DNA of 64,000 nucleotides from positions 206,769 to 270,768 of the forward strand of contig CAWCQR010000009.1 of assembly GCA_963797725.1 (NCBI GenBank), given 5' to 3'. Shown one piece after another: positions 9,768 to 18,909 of the stretch. The position numbers and the translations under genes are program-made. Origin of the DNA: Terriglobia bacterium (lineage in GTDB: Bacteria; Acidobacteriota; Terriglobia; Terriglobales; Acidobacteriaceae). Each line of letters starts with the position of its first letter. Position 1 is the stretch's first letter. The notes beneath the pieces were generated by a model that worked only from the letters and a program-made list of their open reading frames with translations, had not been told where the DNA came from and made no database searches.

Positions 9768-10307
9768 ATGGCAATCGACCGATTTCGAGAACTGATCGTT
9801 GCGAGGGAGAATCCCTCAACGCTTAAGCATTCAGCACGGACCGCAGTGGCCGCCGCGATTTCGCTGTTGGTAGCGCGTTTATTTCGCCTTCCGGAAGCCT
9901 ACTGGTCTGCCATTACCACTCTGATTGTCATGCAATCGAGTTTAGGAGCGGCGCTGCCGATTTCAGCACAACGACTCGCTGGAACAGCACTGGGTGCGGC
10001 GGTTGCGGCATTGGTGGGCGCTTATTTCCCGGGGAATGTTCTGGCTTTCGGGGTATCTGTTTTCGTGATTGGAATTATTTGTGCTGCATTGCGAGTGGAA
10101 CGCAATGCTTACCGGTATGCTAGCATTACTCTTGCGATTGTGATGCTCGTACCCCGCACGACGAGCGAATGGATAATCGCGGTGCACCGTTTCCTTGAGG
10201 TGTCGATAGGGATTGCCGTCGGTTTGGCTCTTACGGCGGTTTGGCCCGAGAATCTGAACAACACGATCGTCATTAATCAAGCGTCGCAAACTAAAACGGA
10301 AGAGTAA
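9768..10307 (+). CDS. FUSC / aromatic acid exporter-like membrane protein (short form)
   Basis: 179 aa. LKHSARTAVAAAISLLVARLFRLPEAYWSAITTLIVMQSSLGA followed by several hydrophobic helices, the pattern of FUSC/ArAE N-terminal domains. Confidence 0.7.
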   Translation: MAIDRFRELIVARENPSTLKHSARTAVAAAISLLVARLFRLPEAYWSAITTLIVMQSSLGAALPISAQRLAGTALGAAVAALVGAYFPGNVLAFGVSVFVIGIICAALRVERNAYRYASITLAIVMLVPRTTSEWIIAVHRFLEVSIGIAVGLALTAVWPENLNNTIVINQASQTKTEE

Positions 10308-10537
10308 AGAAGGAATGCTGACCTCGATCCATCAGGGCATCACATCGTTTCGTTAAACCACCACTTTCAGTCTGGACTCAACTTCCTTTCGACGATCAAC
10401 CGTACCCAGATTTCCACACCCGCGCAATCTATTCAACAAACATTCATAAACATTTCACGCCGGTGTAACGGAGCGGCCTCAAGCTCAAAGGTAATCGGAG
10501 CCTCCAGTTTCAATTCCGTCACATTGGAGAACGCCGC

Positions 10538-12505
10538 ATGACGTTTGTAGATTTCACTCGCTCGTCCTTCCGCAATTTCGGCCTGGGGGTCTCGTTATTT
10601 TCCACCGTGTTGAACCTGGTGGGACCGCCTAGCCTCGCTGCCCAAACCGCGCCCGCGGCTGCGACACCAATTCAGCACGTAATCATCATCATTGGTGAAA
10701 ATCGCAGCTTCGACCACGTCTACGCCACCTACAAGCCCAAGCACGGAGAGAAAGTGTCCAATCTGCTCTCCCGACACATCATCAATGCCGACGGTACGCC
10801 CGGCGTCAATTATCTGGAGTCAGCGCAATACAGTGCGGTTGACACATCCGAGTTTGATCTCGCCGCTCAGGGCAAAGCTATTTACGGAGATATTCCGGCG
10901 CCACTGGCTGGCGGCGCAACAACGGCAAGCGATACGGCTCCAGCACCCTTCGCTACTCTGAGGGTTGCGAAAATCGCGGAACCCGATTTGTTTCACACCT
11001 ACAACAAGTTCCTGACCACCGGTGCGACCGGTTTGGCCTTTGGTGTGGTCGACACGCGGATCAACAATGTAAACAACCTTGGGCAGGGAGCTTTCCAGCT
11101 TACTCCTGGGGTCAAATACGACGATTATGCGAACAGCCCGGTCCACCGCTTTTATCAGATGTGGCAGCAAATAGATTGCCACGTGGACTATGCCACCCCA
11201 AACAATCCCAGTGGGTGCTTGAGCGACCTTTTTCCGTGGGTCGAAACCACGATCGGGGCAGGCAGCAATGGCAAGCCTCAGCCGTCGCCCTTTACTAACC
11301 TGACCACCGGTGAGGGTTCGACCGCGATGGCGTTCTATAACGTTCAGCAGGGCGATGCTCCTTACATGAAGGAGCTTGCTGACCAGTTCACGCTTAGCGA
11401 CAACTTCCATCAATCATTTCAGGGTGGCACCGGTGCGAACCACATCATGTTCGGATACGGCGATGCGATGTGGTACAGCGACGGGAAGGGAAACGCCCTG
11501 ACCCCAGCCACTAACCAGGTCGAAGATCCGAATCCACAGGCTGGAACCAACAACTACTACGCTGAAGATGGATACGGCGATGCGGATGGAACCGGCGGCG
11601 GAAGCTACAGCGCTTGCGCCGACATCAGTCAACCCGGCGTAGCGCCGGTAGTGAATTACCTTCAATCGCTGGCGACACCTGTCGATCCCCGCTGCGAAAC
11701 CGGAAAATACTACCTGCTGAACAACTACAATCCCGGTTTCAACGGCGACGGAACCCTGACCAGCCAGTTCTCGCCATTCACTATTCCACCTACGTCACAA
11801 AAACACATTGGTGATTCGTTGTCCGCCGCTGGCCTTTCCTACACATACTTCGGCGAAGGCTGGGACCTCTACCAAACAGACCCAACCGGAGCGAACCCCT
11901 ACAACGCGTATTGCAACATTTGCAATCCGTTCCAGTACGCGACTGACGTCATGACCGATCCGACCCAGCGCGAAGCCCACATCCAAGACACAAACACCTT
12001 GTATGAGGACATCGATCTGGGAAGTTTGCCGGCGGTTTCAATCGTTAAGCCGAGCGGATTCGTGGATGGCCATCCGGCATCCTCGAAACTTGACTTGTTC
12101 GAAGGGTTCGTTAAGAAAATCGTGAAGAGCGTTCAGGCCAACCAGAAATTGTGGCAGAGCACTGCGATCTTCGTCACGTTTGACGAAGGTGGCGGCTACT
12201 ACGATTCCGGTTACATCCAGCCAGTGGACTTTTTTGGCGACGGCACCCGCATTCCGCTGCTCGTCATCTCTCCTTATTCCACGGGCGGCCACATGAATCA
12301 CGGCTATGCCGATCACGTTTCTCTGATCAAGTTCATTAACAGGAACTGGAACCTGAAACCGATCACCAGCCGGACGCGTGATAATTTCCCCAACCCGATC
12401 ACAACCAAGAAAAATCCCTACGTGCCTACGAATAGTCCAGCACTGGACGATTTGTTTGACGCGTTCACCTTTCCACAAGCCACCGCAGCAGTAACGAAGC
12501 CGTAA
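10538..12505 (+). CDS. secreted phosphoesterase family protein (phospholipase C / AcpA acid phosphatase family)
   Basis: 655 aa. Signal peptide, then HVIIIIGENRSFDHVY, the hallmark of the phosphoesterase family. GGAGA lies 8 nt upstream of the ATG. Confidence 0.85.
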   Translation: MTFVDFTRSSFRNFGLGVSLFSTVLNLVGPPSLAAQTAPAAATPIQHVIIIIGENRSFDHVYATYKPKHGEKVSNLLSRHIINADGTPGVNYLESAQYSAVDTSEFDLAAQGKAIYGDIPAPLAGGATTASDTAPAPFATLRVAKIAEPDLFHTYNKFLTTGATGLAFGVVDTRINNVNNLGQGAFQLTPGVKYDDYANSPVHRFYQMWQQIDCHVDYATPNNPSGCLSDLFPWVETTIGAGSNGKPQPSPFTNLTTGEGSTAMAFYNVQQGDAPYMKELADQFTLSDNFHQSFQGGTGANHIMFGYGDAMWYSDGKGNALTPATNQVEDPNPQAGTNNYYAEDGYGDADGTGGGSYSACADISQPGVAPVVNYLQSLATPVDPRCETGKYYLLNNYNPGFNGDGTLTSQFSPFTIPPTSQKHIGDSLSAAGLSYTYFGEGWDLYQTDPTGANPYNAYCNICNPFQYATDVMTDPTQREAHIQDTNTLYEDIDLGSLPAVSIVKPSGFVDGHPASSKLDLFEGFVKKIVKSVQANQKLWQSTAIFVTFDEGGGYYDSGYIQPVDFFGDGTRIPLLVISPYSTGGHMNHGYADHVSLIKFINRNWNLKPITSRTRDNFPNPITTKKNPYVPTNSPALDDLFDAFTFPQATAAVTKP

Positions 12506-12542
12506 CGAGGTAACTGCCGTTTCAATCGCGAGCAGTGACTCT

Positions 12543-12578
12543 GCCGGCCGGGGTAATCCACCCTGGCCGGCGAGTTTT
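12543..12578 (+). terminator. rho-independent terminator after the phosphoesterase gene
   Basis: gccggccgggg (12543-12553), loop taatcca, ccctggccggc (12561-12571). This is an 11-bp stem with one G-U pair, followed by gagTTTTg. Confidence 0.6.
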
Positions 12579-12618
12579 GAATAGTGATTTTTATCATCTT
12601 TAAGTTTGGGAGTTATCT

Positions 12619-13113
12619 GTGATCAAACGCTTTTTATCTCTCGCTCTTCTCTTAACTGTTTCAGTAGCGACCCTATCGGCGAGTGGCGCGCATTCTTCTG
12701 CCGATGACCATGTTTCGAGCGTAGCCGGAAAATGGACGTTATCGTGGCAGGCTCGTTTGGGGACCGAAGATGCAATCGTGGAGTTAGAACAGGACGGCTC
12801 CAAATTGCGCGGAAGGTTCCACGATCTGCATCACTCCTGCCCGGTGTCTGGCACAATCGAGGGCATTAACATTTCATTCGACGTGTTGTTTGAAGAAGCT
12901 CGGCCATTCACGATCGCCTTCAAAGGCACCGTAAATGGCGATAGCATTAGCGGCACATCGCAGGCGCAAAATATCGGTGGCACCAAAGCGTACCTCGGGC
13001 ATGGAGGAGAAATCGTCCAACCAGAACACCCTTGGACCGCGACGCGCCCCGGAGATCCACCAAGCCTAAGAACTCAAGAGACAAAAGCAGGCACCCCCGG
13101 AGCTTCGAACTGA
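12619..13113 (+). CDS. small secreted hypothetical protein (beta-rich, His/Cys patch HDLHHSCP)
   Basis: 164 aa. GTG start with GGGAG upstream and a signal peptide (LLLTVSVATLSASGA). Lies directly upstream of the multicopper oxidase on the same strand. Confidence 0.6.
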   Translation: MIKRFLSLALLLTVSVATLSASGAHSSADDHVSSVAGKWTLSWQARLGTEDAIVELEQDGSKLRGRFHDLHHSCPVSGTIEGINISFDVLFEEARPFTIAFKGTVNGDSISGTSQAQNIGGTKAYLGHGGEIVQPEHPWTATRPGDPPSLRTQETKAGTPGASN

Positions 13114-13207
13114 CCCCGGCGACAAGGTTCGCTGTAACGGGCAGCCTGCGCGCAAATCTTTGGGCAAACTTTCCCGAAATGTTTCCCAATATCGGCCAAT
13201 CAGAAGC

Positions 13208-14908
13208 ATGACAGTGAACAGGCGCGACTTGTTGCGAATGGGTCTGTGCGCAGGCACAGGTCTTCTCCTACCTAAGCCGAAGGCTTTTCAAGCTTTTGCG
13301 AGAGCAGTTGATCAACCGCAAGGAGCAGCGAAGCTCGCGAGTTACGTCGATCCGCTGCCGGTCCCGCCGATTATCCGGCCATCCTCTGCCCCAGGACAAG
13401 TGGTCCAGGTGCGCATGGGCGAATTCCGCCACAAAGTGCACCGTGATCTACCTCCGACCAGCCTTTGGGGTTACAACGGAATGTGGCCTGGACCCACCTT
13501 CGAAGTCCGTCGAGGCCAAGGCTTGTCCGTCAAGTGGACGAACCAATTGCCCACGAAACACTTCCTCCCGATCGACACCACAATTCACGGATCTGAGGAG
13601 ACGGTTCCACAAGTGCGTACTGTCGTCCACGTGCACGGAGCGAGGGTATTGCCTGAGAGTGACGGCTACCCCGACGCCTGGGTCACTTCCGATGGCAAAA
13701 GCGGACCCGTAAGCGGCGCTAGTCCTGCTCACTATCCCAACGATCAACGAGCCGCCACGCTCTGGTATCACGACCATGCGTTGGGAATTACGCGATTGAA
13801 TGTCTATGCAGGTTTGGCGGGCATGTACCTGATCCGCGATGAAGAAGAAGACGCATTAAACTTGCCCAGCGGCGCGTACGAAATTCCCTTGCTTCTGCAG
13901 GACCGCAAATTTAACCCCGACGGATCACTGCTTTATCCTGCGGCGCAAAATGGCACTCATCCTATCTGGATCCAGGAATTCTTCGGGGACACGATCTGTA
14001 TCAATGGCAAGGCCACGCCATTTCTTGAAGTCGAGCCGAGGAAGTATCGATTTCGCCTAGTTAACGGTTCCAACTCCCGGTTTTATCATTTGACACTGGT
14101 CCCTGCCGACAGCAACGGTAAACCCACCGGGAAACCAGCCGAGGCGCCGCCATTTCATCAGATCGGAACCGATGGTGGCCTGCTACCAGCTCCCGTGAGC
14201 CTGCACTATCTGATTGCCTCCCCTGGCGAGCGTTTCGACCTGATCTTGGATTTTACGGACCATAAGGGCGCTCACTTTGCTCTGATTAACGATGCTCCAG
14301 CTCCATATCCGCGCGGCGGAGAAATTGTTCCATCTGACTGCATGTTGTTCAAAGTGACGAAACCACTCTCGGGAACAGATACAAGTTTGCTTCCAGACAC
14401 ACTCACACCGGTATCGCCGCTGAGTCCGTCTCTTGCGGCTAAAGAAAGAACACTGGCGCTGACTGAAATGGATCGCCCGTCCGACGGCTACACCATGATC
14501 GGTTTGCTCGGTCAGAAACACTGGGATGATCCGATTACAGAAGACCCAAGAGCAGGCTCAATTGAGGTTTGGTCTTTTGTGAATGCTACAGGCGATGTTC
14601 ACCCCATTCATCTTCACCTCGTTCAATTTCAGGTGCTGAATCGCCAGCCGTTTGATGTGAAGACCTATGTGCAAACGGGGAAGCTGGTTTTCACTGGCAT
14701 TCCGATGCCCCCGGAATCCAACGAGCGTCCGGGTTGGAAAGATACGGTCAAAACTTACGCGGGATACGTGACCCGTATCATTCAGAAATTCGACCTGCCA
14801 GAGGGAACGCCGACAACACCAGGCCAGGAATTCCGTTACGTCTGGCATTGCCACATTCTGGAGCATGAAGACAATGAAATGATGAGGCCTTACAAGATCG
14901 TGTCCTAA
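13208..14908 (+). CDS. Tat-exported three-domain multicopper oxidase (CotA / bilirubin oxidase-like)
   Basis: Copper ligand motifs VHVHGA, LWYHDHA, HPIHLHLVQF and WHCHILEHEDNEMM. Twin-arginine signal MTVNRRDLLRMG. The track ORF begins at TTG 13160; ATG 13208 is preferred because it begins the Tat signal. Confidence 0.9.
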   Translation: MTVNRRDLLRMGLCAGTGLLLPKPKAFQAFARAVDQPQGAAKLASYVDPLPVPPIIRPSSAPGQVVQVRMGEFRHKVHRDLPPTSLWGYNGMWPGPTFEVRRGQGLSVKWTNQLPTKHFLPIDTTIHGSEETVPQVRTVVHVHGARVLPESDGYPDAWVTSDGKSGPVSGASPAHYPNDQRAATLWYHDHALGITRLNVYAGLAGMYLIRDEEEDALNLPSGAYEIPLLLQDRKFNPDGSLLYPAAQNGTHPIWIQEFFGDTICINGKATPFLEVEPRKYRFRLVNGSNSRFYHLTLVPADSNGKPTGKPAEAPPFHQIGTDGGLLPAPVSLHYLIASPGERFDLILDFTDHKGAHFALINDAPAPYPRGGEIVPSDCMLFKVTKPLSGTDTSLLPDTLTPVSPLSPSLAAKERTLALTEMDRPSDGYTMIGLLGQKHWDDPITEDPRAGSIEVWSFVNATGDVHPIHLHLVQFQVLNRQPFDVKTYVQTGKLVFTGIPMPPESNERPGWKDTVKTYAGYVTRIIQKFDLPEGTPTTPGQEFRYVWHCHILEHEDNEMMRPYKIVS

Positions 14909-14948
14909 TGACTGACTGTGGTGATATGTCGTTGCGGGTGATGAAGAC

Positions 14949-15818
14949 CTAGGTTGATTTGCCAGTCTCAGTTTCGACTTCTGACTTTTCCGGGGGATTG
15001 GCGGAGTCAACGAAGAGCGGTTTTTCGGTGTGGAAATATTTTTTGTACGCGGAAATCCAATTTCCAGCCATTTCGCGTTGCGCCGTGGTCAGGTCGATCT
15101 GTCCTCCACAGACCATCTGGTGAAGGCGGTCCTCGAGAGTGTCTTTCACGTGAGCTCCCCAGTCAGTGGACGAATAAGGTTCGGGCCACAAGTTGCGAAT
15201 GTCGTCTGTTCCACCCAGCTCGGGAGTGATTAGATAGTCGACCTCGTAATCTTTCGCGCGCACTTCAGATATGCCGTACTCCTCGAACACTTTGTGCCGT
15301 ACCGCGGGTGAGACAGCGCGGTTCATATCCCGGCGGCCAGCTGTGCAGATTTCGCTCTGAGTGACAGGTCGTGTCGCTCCCGGTGTGAGCTCGACGTTGG
15401 GAACCGGGTTACCTTTAAGCAATGCAAATTGGGATGCGGAGGATGTTTCTTCGCGATGCACAATTAATATGCCCGCCAGCATCACGAGCACCAAAAAAGC
15501 GTAAATCCAAACTGGTTTTGATGCTGCAAAGCGAAACCATCGAATTCCGGTCGCCTGTGGCGAAGCGTAAACCGCCTCGGCGATCCGCGCTTTTAGCAAT
15601 GCAAGAGGCCCGGCAACAGGGGGTATCTGAGGATCAAGATCGGCGTGATGAAGGTGAACGAAATCGGCGATCGTTCCCTCAATTTCTTTGACGCGCGTCC
15701 GGCAACTCCAGCAAGCCGCCAGATGCCTCATTACCTCCGCGGAACGGCTGGATTCCAGTTCGCCATCACCGAGAAGAAGCAGCTCCTGATCGGATATGTG
15801 AAGTTCCTGGTTTCGCAT
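14949..15818 (-). CDS. zinc-binding (ZAS-type) anti-sigma factor, one TM, with an extracytoplasmic HNH-like domain
   Basis: 289 aa. HxxxCxxC motif (RHLAACWSC). TM segment PVWIYAFLVLVMLAGILIV. C-terminal YEVDYLITPELGGTDDIRNLWPEP...HVKDTLEDRLHQMVCGG. The start lies 4 nt after the stop of the ECF sigma gene. Confidence 0.8.
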   Translation of the reverse strand: MRNQELHISDQELLLLGDGELESSRSAEVMRHLAACWSCRTRVKEIEGTIADFVHLHHADLDPQIPPVAGPLALLKARIAEAVYASPQATGIRWFRFAASKPVWIYAFLVLVMLAGILIVHREETSSASQFALLKGNPVPNVELTPGATRPVTQSEICTAGRRDMNRAVSPAVRHKVFEEYGISEVRAKDYEVDYLITPELGGTDDIRNLWPEPYSSTDWGAHVKDTLEDRLHQMVCGGQIDLTTAQREMAGNWISAYKKYFHTEKPLFVDSANPPEKSEVETETGKST

Positions 15819-15822
15819 TTGG

Positions 15823-16401
15823 TCACCTTCGCTCCGCCCGTTCCAGGCGGGCCAATGATCGGGTCAGTGAAATGGATACGGCGCCAAGCGACATGTTCAG
15901 CACTTCGGCGATCTCGCGGTATCTGAGGCCTTCCGCCCGCAATCGGAGGCAATGCTGGTCCTGTTCTGGAAGCGCGCGCAGAACCGCGCAGAGGCGCGCT
16001 CTCTTCTCGTTCTCTACCAGTTGTTCTTCTACGCTTGGGCCTGGATCCAGCGCTGCATCTGCAACCACAGAGCAGGTGTTTTCCGTCTGTTGAAGTCTCT
16101 GGTTGGCAAACCGTCGTTTCAATGAGAGATTGTGCGCAACGCGAAATACCCAGCCCCGCAGGTTGGTCCGTGACCGTCCCAGCTGCAAATGTTTGAACAG
16201 TGAAAGGAAAACGTCTTGAATAATGTCCTCTCCATCGTGCGTGGACAAACCGAAGGAAAGAACATATCGGAACAATGGGTCATGAAGCTGATCGAACAGA
16301 CTGATGACTTCTCGCTCGGCACCGGAGACATGAGAAGGCCTGACCCTCGTCGCCGCGGGAAGATGTAAAGCGATAGTGGAATCTGTAGGGAGATGAGCCA
16401 T
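15823..16401 (-). CDS. ECF-type RNA polymerase sigma-70 factor
   Basis: 192 aa. Region 2 (DIIQDVFLSLF) and region 4 HTH (LRYREIAEVLNMSLGAVSISLTRSL). Confidence 0.9.
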   Translation of the reverse strand: MAHLPTDSTIALHLPAATRVRPSHVSGAEREVISLFDQLHDPLFRYVLSFGLSTHDGEDIIQDVFLSLFKHLQLGRSRTNLRGWVFRVAHNLSLKRRFANQRLQQTENTCSVVADAALDPGPSVEEQLVENEKRARLCAVLRALPEQDQHCLRLRAEGLRYREIAEVLNMSLGAVSISLTRSLARLERAERR

Positions 16402-16463
16402 GGGCCGGAAGACTTGCCAACTACATACTACATTCCATTTCGATCACCCTTGTTCATGGTTTT

Positions 16464-18305
16464 TCAGAATCGTTTTAGCCATCCCGGTTCACGCAGGTGC
16501 TCATCATCCAGGCCGCGAAGGCGTGCGGCCATGATTCCGGGGCGTCCGATATACCCCACGACCCGTTGCTGATCCTGCCGGTCAACGACGGGCAAACGTC
16601 CAATGCCATTGCGAAGCATTTTAGCGGATGCCTCATGCAATACTTCGTCGGGATAGGTGACGACAACTTTGCGGGATCCAGCGTCGAGCACAGTCATCGA
16701 ACCAGACGGGTCGTTGTCCAAAGCGCGCATCACATCGCCGCGTGTAATGACTCCCTGCAACCTGCCATCGCGATCCAAAACAAGCATGCCCTGGTGCTGG
16801 CTAACCTCCGGATCGCGGCGCGCAATTCGATCCGCCAATTCCGCGACTTTTACATCGGCCTGTACTTTGGGTATGTTACCGTCCCGATCCATCGTTTCAG
16901 AAACCATGACCTGATGCATTGCATCCGCTTCGTACTCCTGGTGAATGTGCAAGCCGCGCCGTCTCAACTTCTCGGTCATGATGGAAGCCTTCGGCATCAG
17001 TAGCATGGCCAAGCCGTCCGCAATCACACTGACCAGCATCAACGGCAAGACCGAGTTGTAATCGCGGGTAATCTCGAACGCGAAAATAATGAACGTGAAA
17101 GTAGCGCGGGACGCCGCCCCAAACACTGCCCCCATTGCCACTAGCGCAAACGCTCCCGCTGACAGATTCGCCGCCGGGAAAACGCGGTCGATCCCAAGAG
17201 CGAAGGCTCCGCCCAATGCTGCGCTTGACATGAACATGGGTGCGAGCAATCCTCCGGATGTACCCGATCCCAATGACACAACCAGAGCGATGGCTTTGGC
17301 CACCATGACTATCAACAACAGTCTCCACGCCAGGTTCGCATTTAGAATGTCGCTGATCGTGTCATATCCCACACCCAGCACTCGCGGAACAAAATATCCG
17401 ATGATGCCAAGGCCGAGGGCTCCGATCGCCGGCCACCACAATTCATCAATCGGGAGCTTTTCGAACTGGTCCTCTGTCCAGTAAAGCAGCTTGCTGAAGC
17501 CGACTGCGGCGAGTCCGCAAACCAGCCCCAATAGAATGTAGAACGGCAAGGCGTGTGGAACGCCAAAGTCCATCGGGGCAACGTTAAACATTGGACCCGC
17601 ACCCAGAAGTTGCATGTGAACCGCAGTAGCGAGAGTACTGGCAATGACTAAAGGAATAAACGATCGTGCTTTGAATTCGAACAAGAGCAGTTCGATAGCA
17701 AGAATCACGCCGGCAATCGGAGTGTTGAAAGTGGCTGACATGCCCGCTGCAGCGCCGCAGGCTAGTAAGACCTTGCGTTCCGATGCCGTGGTATGCAGAA
17801 CTTGTCCAACCAGCGAGCCGACTGCGCCTCCAGTTTGAATGATTGGACCTTCCGCCCCGAATGGACCGCCAGTTCCAATCGCAATCGCCGCCGACAACGG
17901 CTTCAGAATCGCGACTCTCGGCTGGATGCGGCTTCGGTTCATCAGCACGGCTTCCATGGCTTCCGGTATTCCGTGTCCTTTGATTTTCGGGGTCCCGTAC
18001 TTCGCCATGAAGCCAACAATTATTCCTCCAATCACCGGCATCAAAATGACCCAGGGACCGAGCTGATTGTGCCGTGCACTGGTGAAGTCCGCCACGAAGC
18101 GGTGATAGAAAACAATATTGGTAACCAGGCCAATAAGTTTGTACAACACAAACGCAATCAGTCCCGCAATCAGGCCGATGCCCCCGGCCAGGAATGAAAT
18201 CAGAACCATGCGGAAGTGTGCTGGCTCTCCAAGCCTCACATCTGATGACTGTGCGCCCGTTACCGCGATCGTGGCGGGAGCCGAATTGTCGCCGTCGTTG
18301 TTCAT
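16464..18305 (-). CDS. ClC-family voltage-gated chloride channel / H+-Cl- antiporter with two C-terminal CBS domains
   Basis: 613 aa. ClC selectivity motifs GHGIPE, GPFGAEGP and GLLAPMF. C-terminal CBS pair (VITRGDVMRAL, GRLPVVDR). Confidence 0.9.
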   Translation of the reverse strand: MNNDGDNSAPATIAVTGAQSSDVRLGEPAHFRMVLISFLAGGIGLIAGLIAFVLYKLIGLVTNIVFYHRFVADFTSARHNQLGPWVILMPVIGGIIVGFMAKYGTPKIKGHGIPEAMEAVLMNRSRIQPRVAILKPLSAAIAIGTGGPFGAEGPIIQTGGAVGSLVGQVLHTTASERKVLLACGAAAGMSATFNTPIAGVILAIELLLFEFKARSFIPLVIASTLATAVHMQLLGAGPMFNVAPMDFGVPHALPFYILLGLVCGLAAVGFSKLLYWTEDQFEKLPIDELWWPAIGALGLGIIGYFVPRVLGVGYDTISDILNANLAWRLLLIVMVAKAIALVVSLGSGTSGGLLAPMFMSSAALGGAFALGIDRVFPAANLSAGAFALVAMGAVFGAASRATFTFIIFAFEITRDYNSVLPLMLVSVIADGLAMLLMPKASIMTEKLRRRGLHIHQEYEADAMHQVMVSETMDRDGNIPKVQADVKVAELADRIARRDPEVSQHQGMLVLDRDGRLQGVITRGDVMRALDNDPSGSMTVLDAGSRKVVVTYPDEVLHEASAKMLRNGIGRLPVVDRQDQQRVVGYIGRPGIMAARLRGLDDEHLREPGWLKRF

Positions 18306-18784
18306 TTGTGGGATGACTTGCTTATTTTTTTCGTTCTCGATACCGTCTTGCCCGTACTTCCAACATTCTTATTGGTTCGAATTGCTCGTCTTAAGGCAGC
18401 GATAAGCGCGGGACCCTGAATCCGAAGCTCGTCGCGATGATGAATCGAGAGCTTCTCCAGCACTTTCTCCCCGCTTGGTGTCAGCGACAGAAGGACCTCC
18501 CGGCGGTCCTCGTGCCTCTGGTGCCGGCGCACAAATCCCAAAGCCGACAACCGGTTTACGAGTTCGACAGCGCTGTGATGTCGAATCAGGAGCCGTTCCG
18601 CCAATTCGCCGATTCGTGGGCGAATGTTTTTGGGGAGCCCCTTCAGAGCCAGCATCAATTGGTGTTGCCGCGGTTCCAGTCCCACGCTTTGGGCCGCTTG
18701 TTCGCTGAAGTATAGAAATCGGCGGATTTGATAGCGCAACTGCGCTAGCGCTTCGAAATCGGTCGACGTGATCGAGTGTTCCAT
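18302..18784 (-). CDS. MarR family transcriptional regulator
   Basis: 160 aa winged-helix pattern (RIGELAERLLIRHHSAVELVNRLSALGFVRR). Its stop overlaps the ClC start in an ATGA arrangement. Confidence 0.9.
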   Translation of the reverse strand: MEHSITSTDFEALAQLRYQIRRFLYFSEQAAQSVGLEPRQHQLMLALKGLPKNIRPRIGELAERLLIRHHSAVELVNRLSALGFVRRHQRHEDRREVLLSLTPSGEKVLEKLSIHHRDELRIQGPALIAALRRAIRTNKNVGSTGKTVSRTKKISKSSHK

Positions 18785-18792
18785 AAAATATT

Positions 18793-18809
18793 ATATCGTT
18801 GGACGATAT
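18793..18809. promoter_or_regulatory. perfect inverted repeat ATATCGT-TGG-ACGATAT, candidate MarR operator, overlapping a TATAAT box
   Basis: Read directly: atatcgt (18793-18799), tgg, acgatat (18803-18809). A third half-site tATCGTaat follows at 18815-18819. On the minus strand, TATAAT (18795-18790) lies 5 nt before the MarR ATG. Confidence 0.45.
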
Positions 18810-18909
18810 GATTCTATCGTAATATTGGGTTTTTGATCCAGAGCAGGAGCGCTGACCGAGGAAATGCGTAGTTCCTCAAGTTCGCTGTGTTACCTTAACA
18901 ACCGACCAT

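Noticed and set aside
10820-11413. 197-aa ORF on the minus strand
   Set aside because: Antisense to the phosphoesterase gene. Shadow ORF.
16402-16463. ECF-type autoregulatory promoter (GAAC-N16-CGT) upstream of the sigma factor gene
   Set aside because: A TGAACA is present on the minus strand, but no CGT-type -10 follows at the right spacing. Evidence is insufficient.
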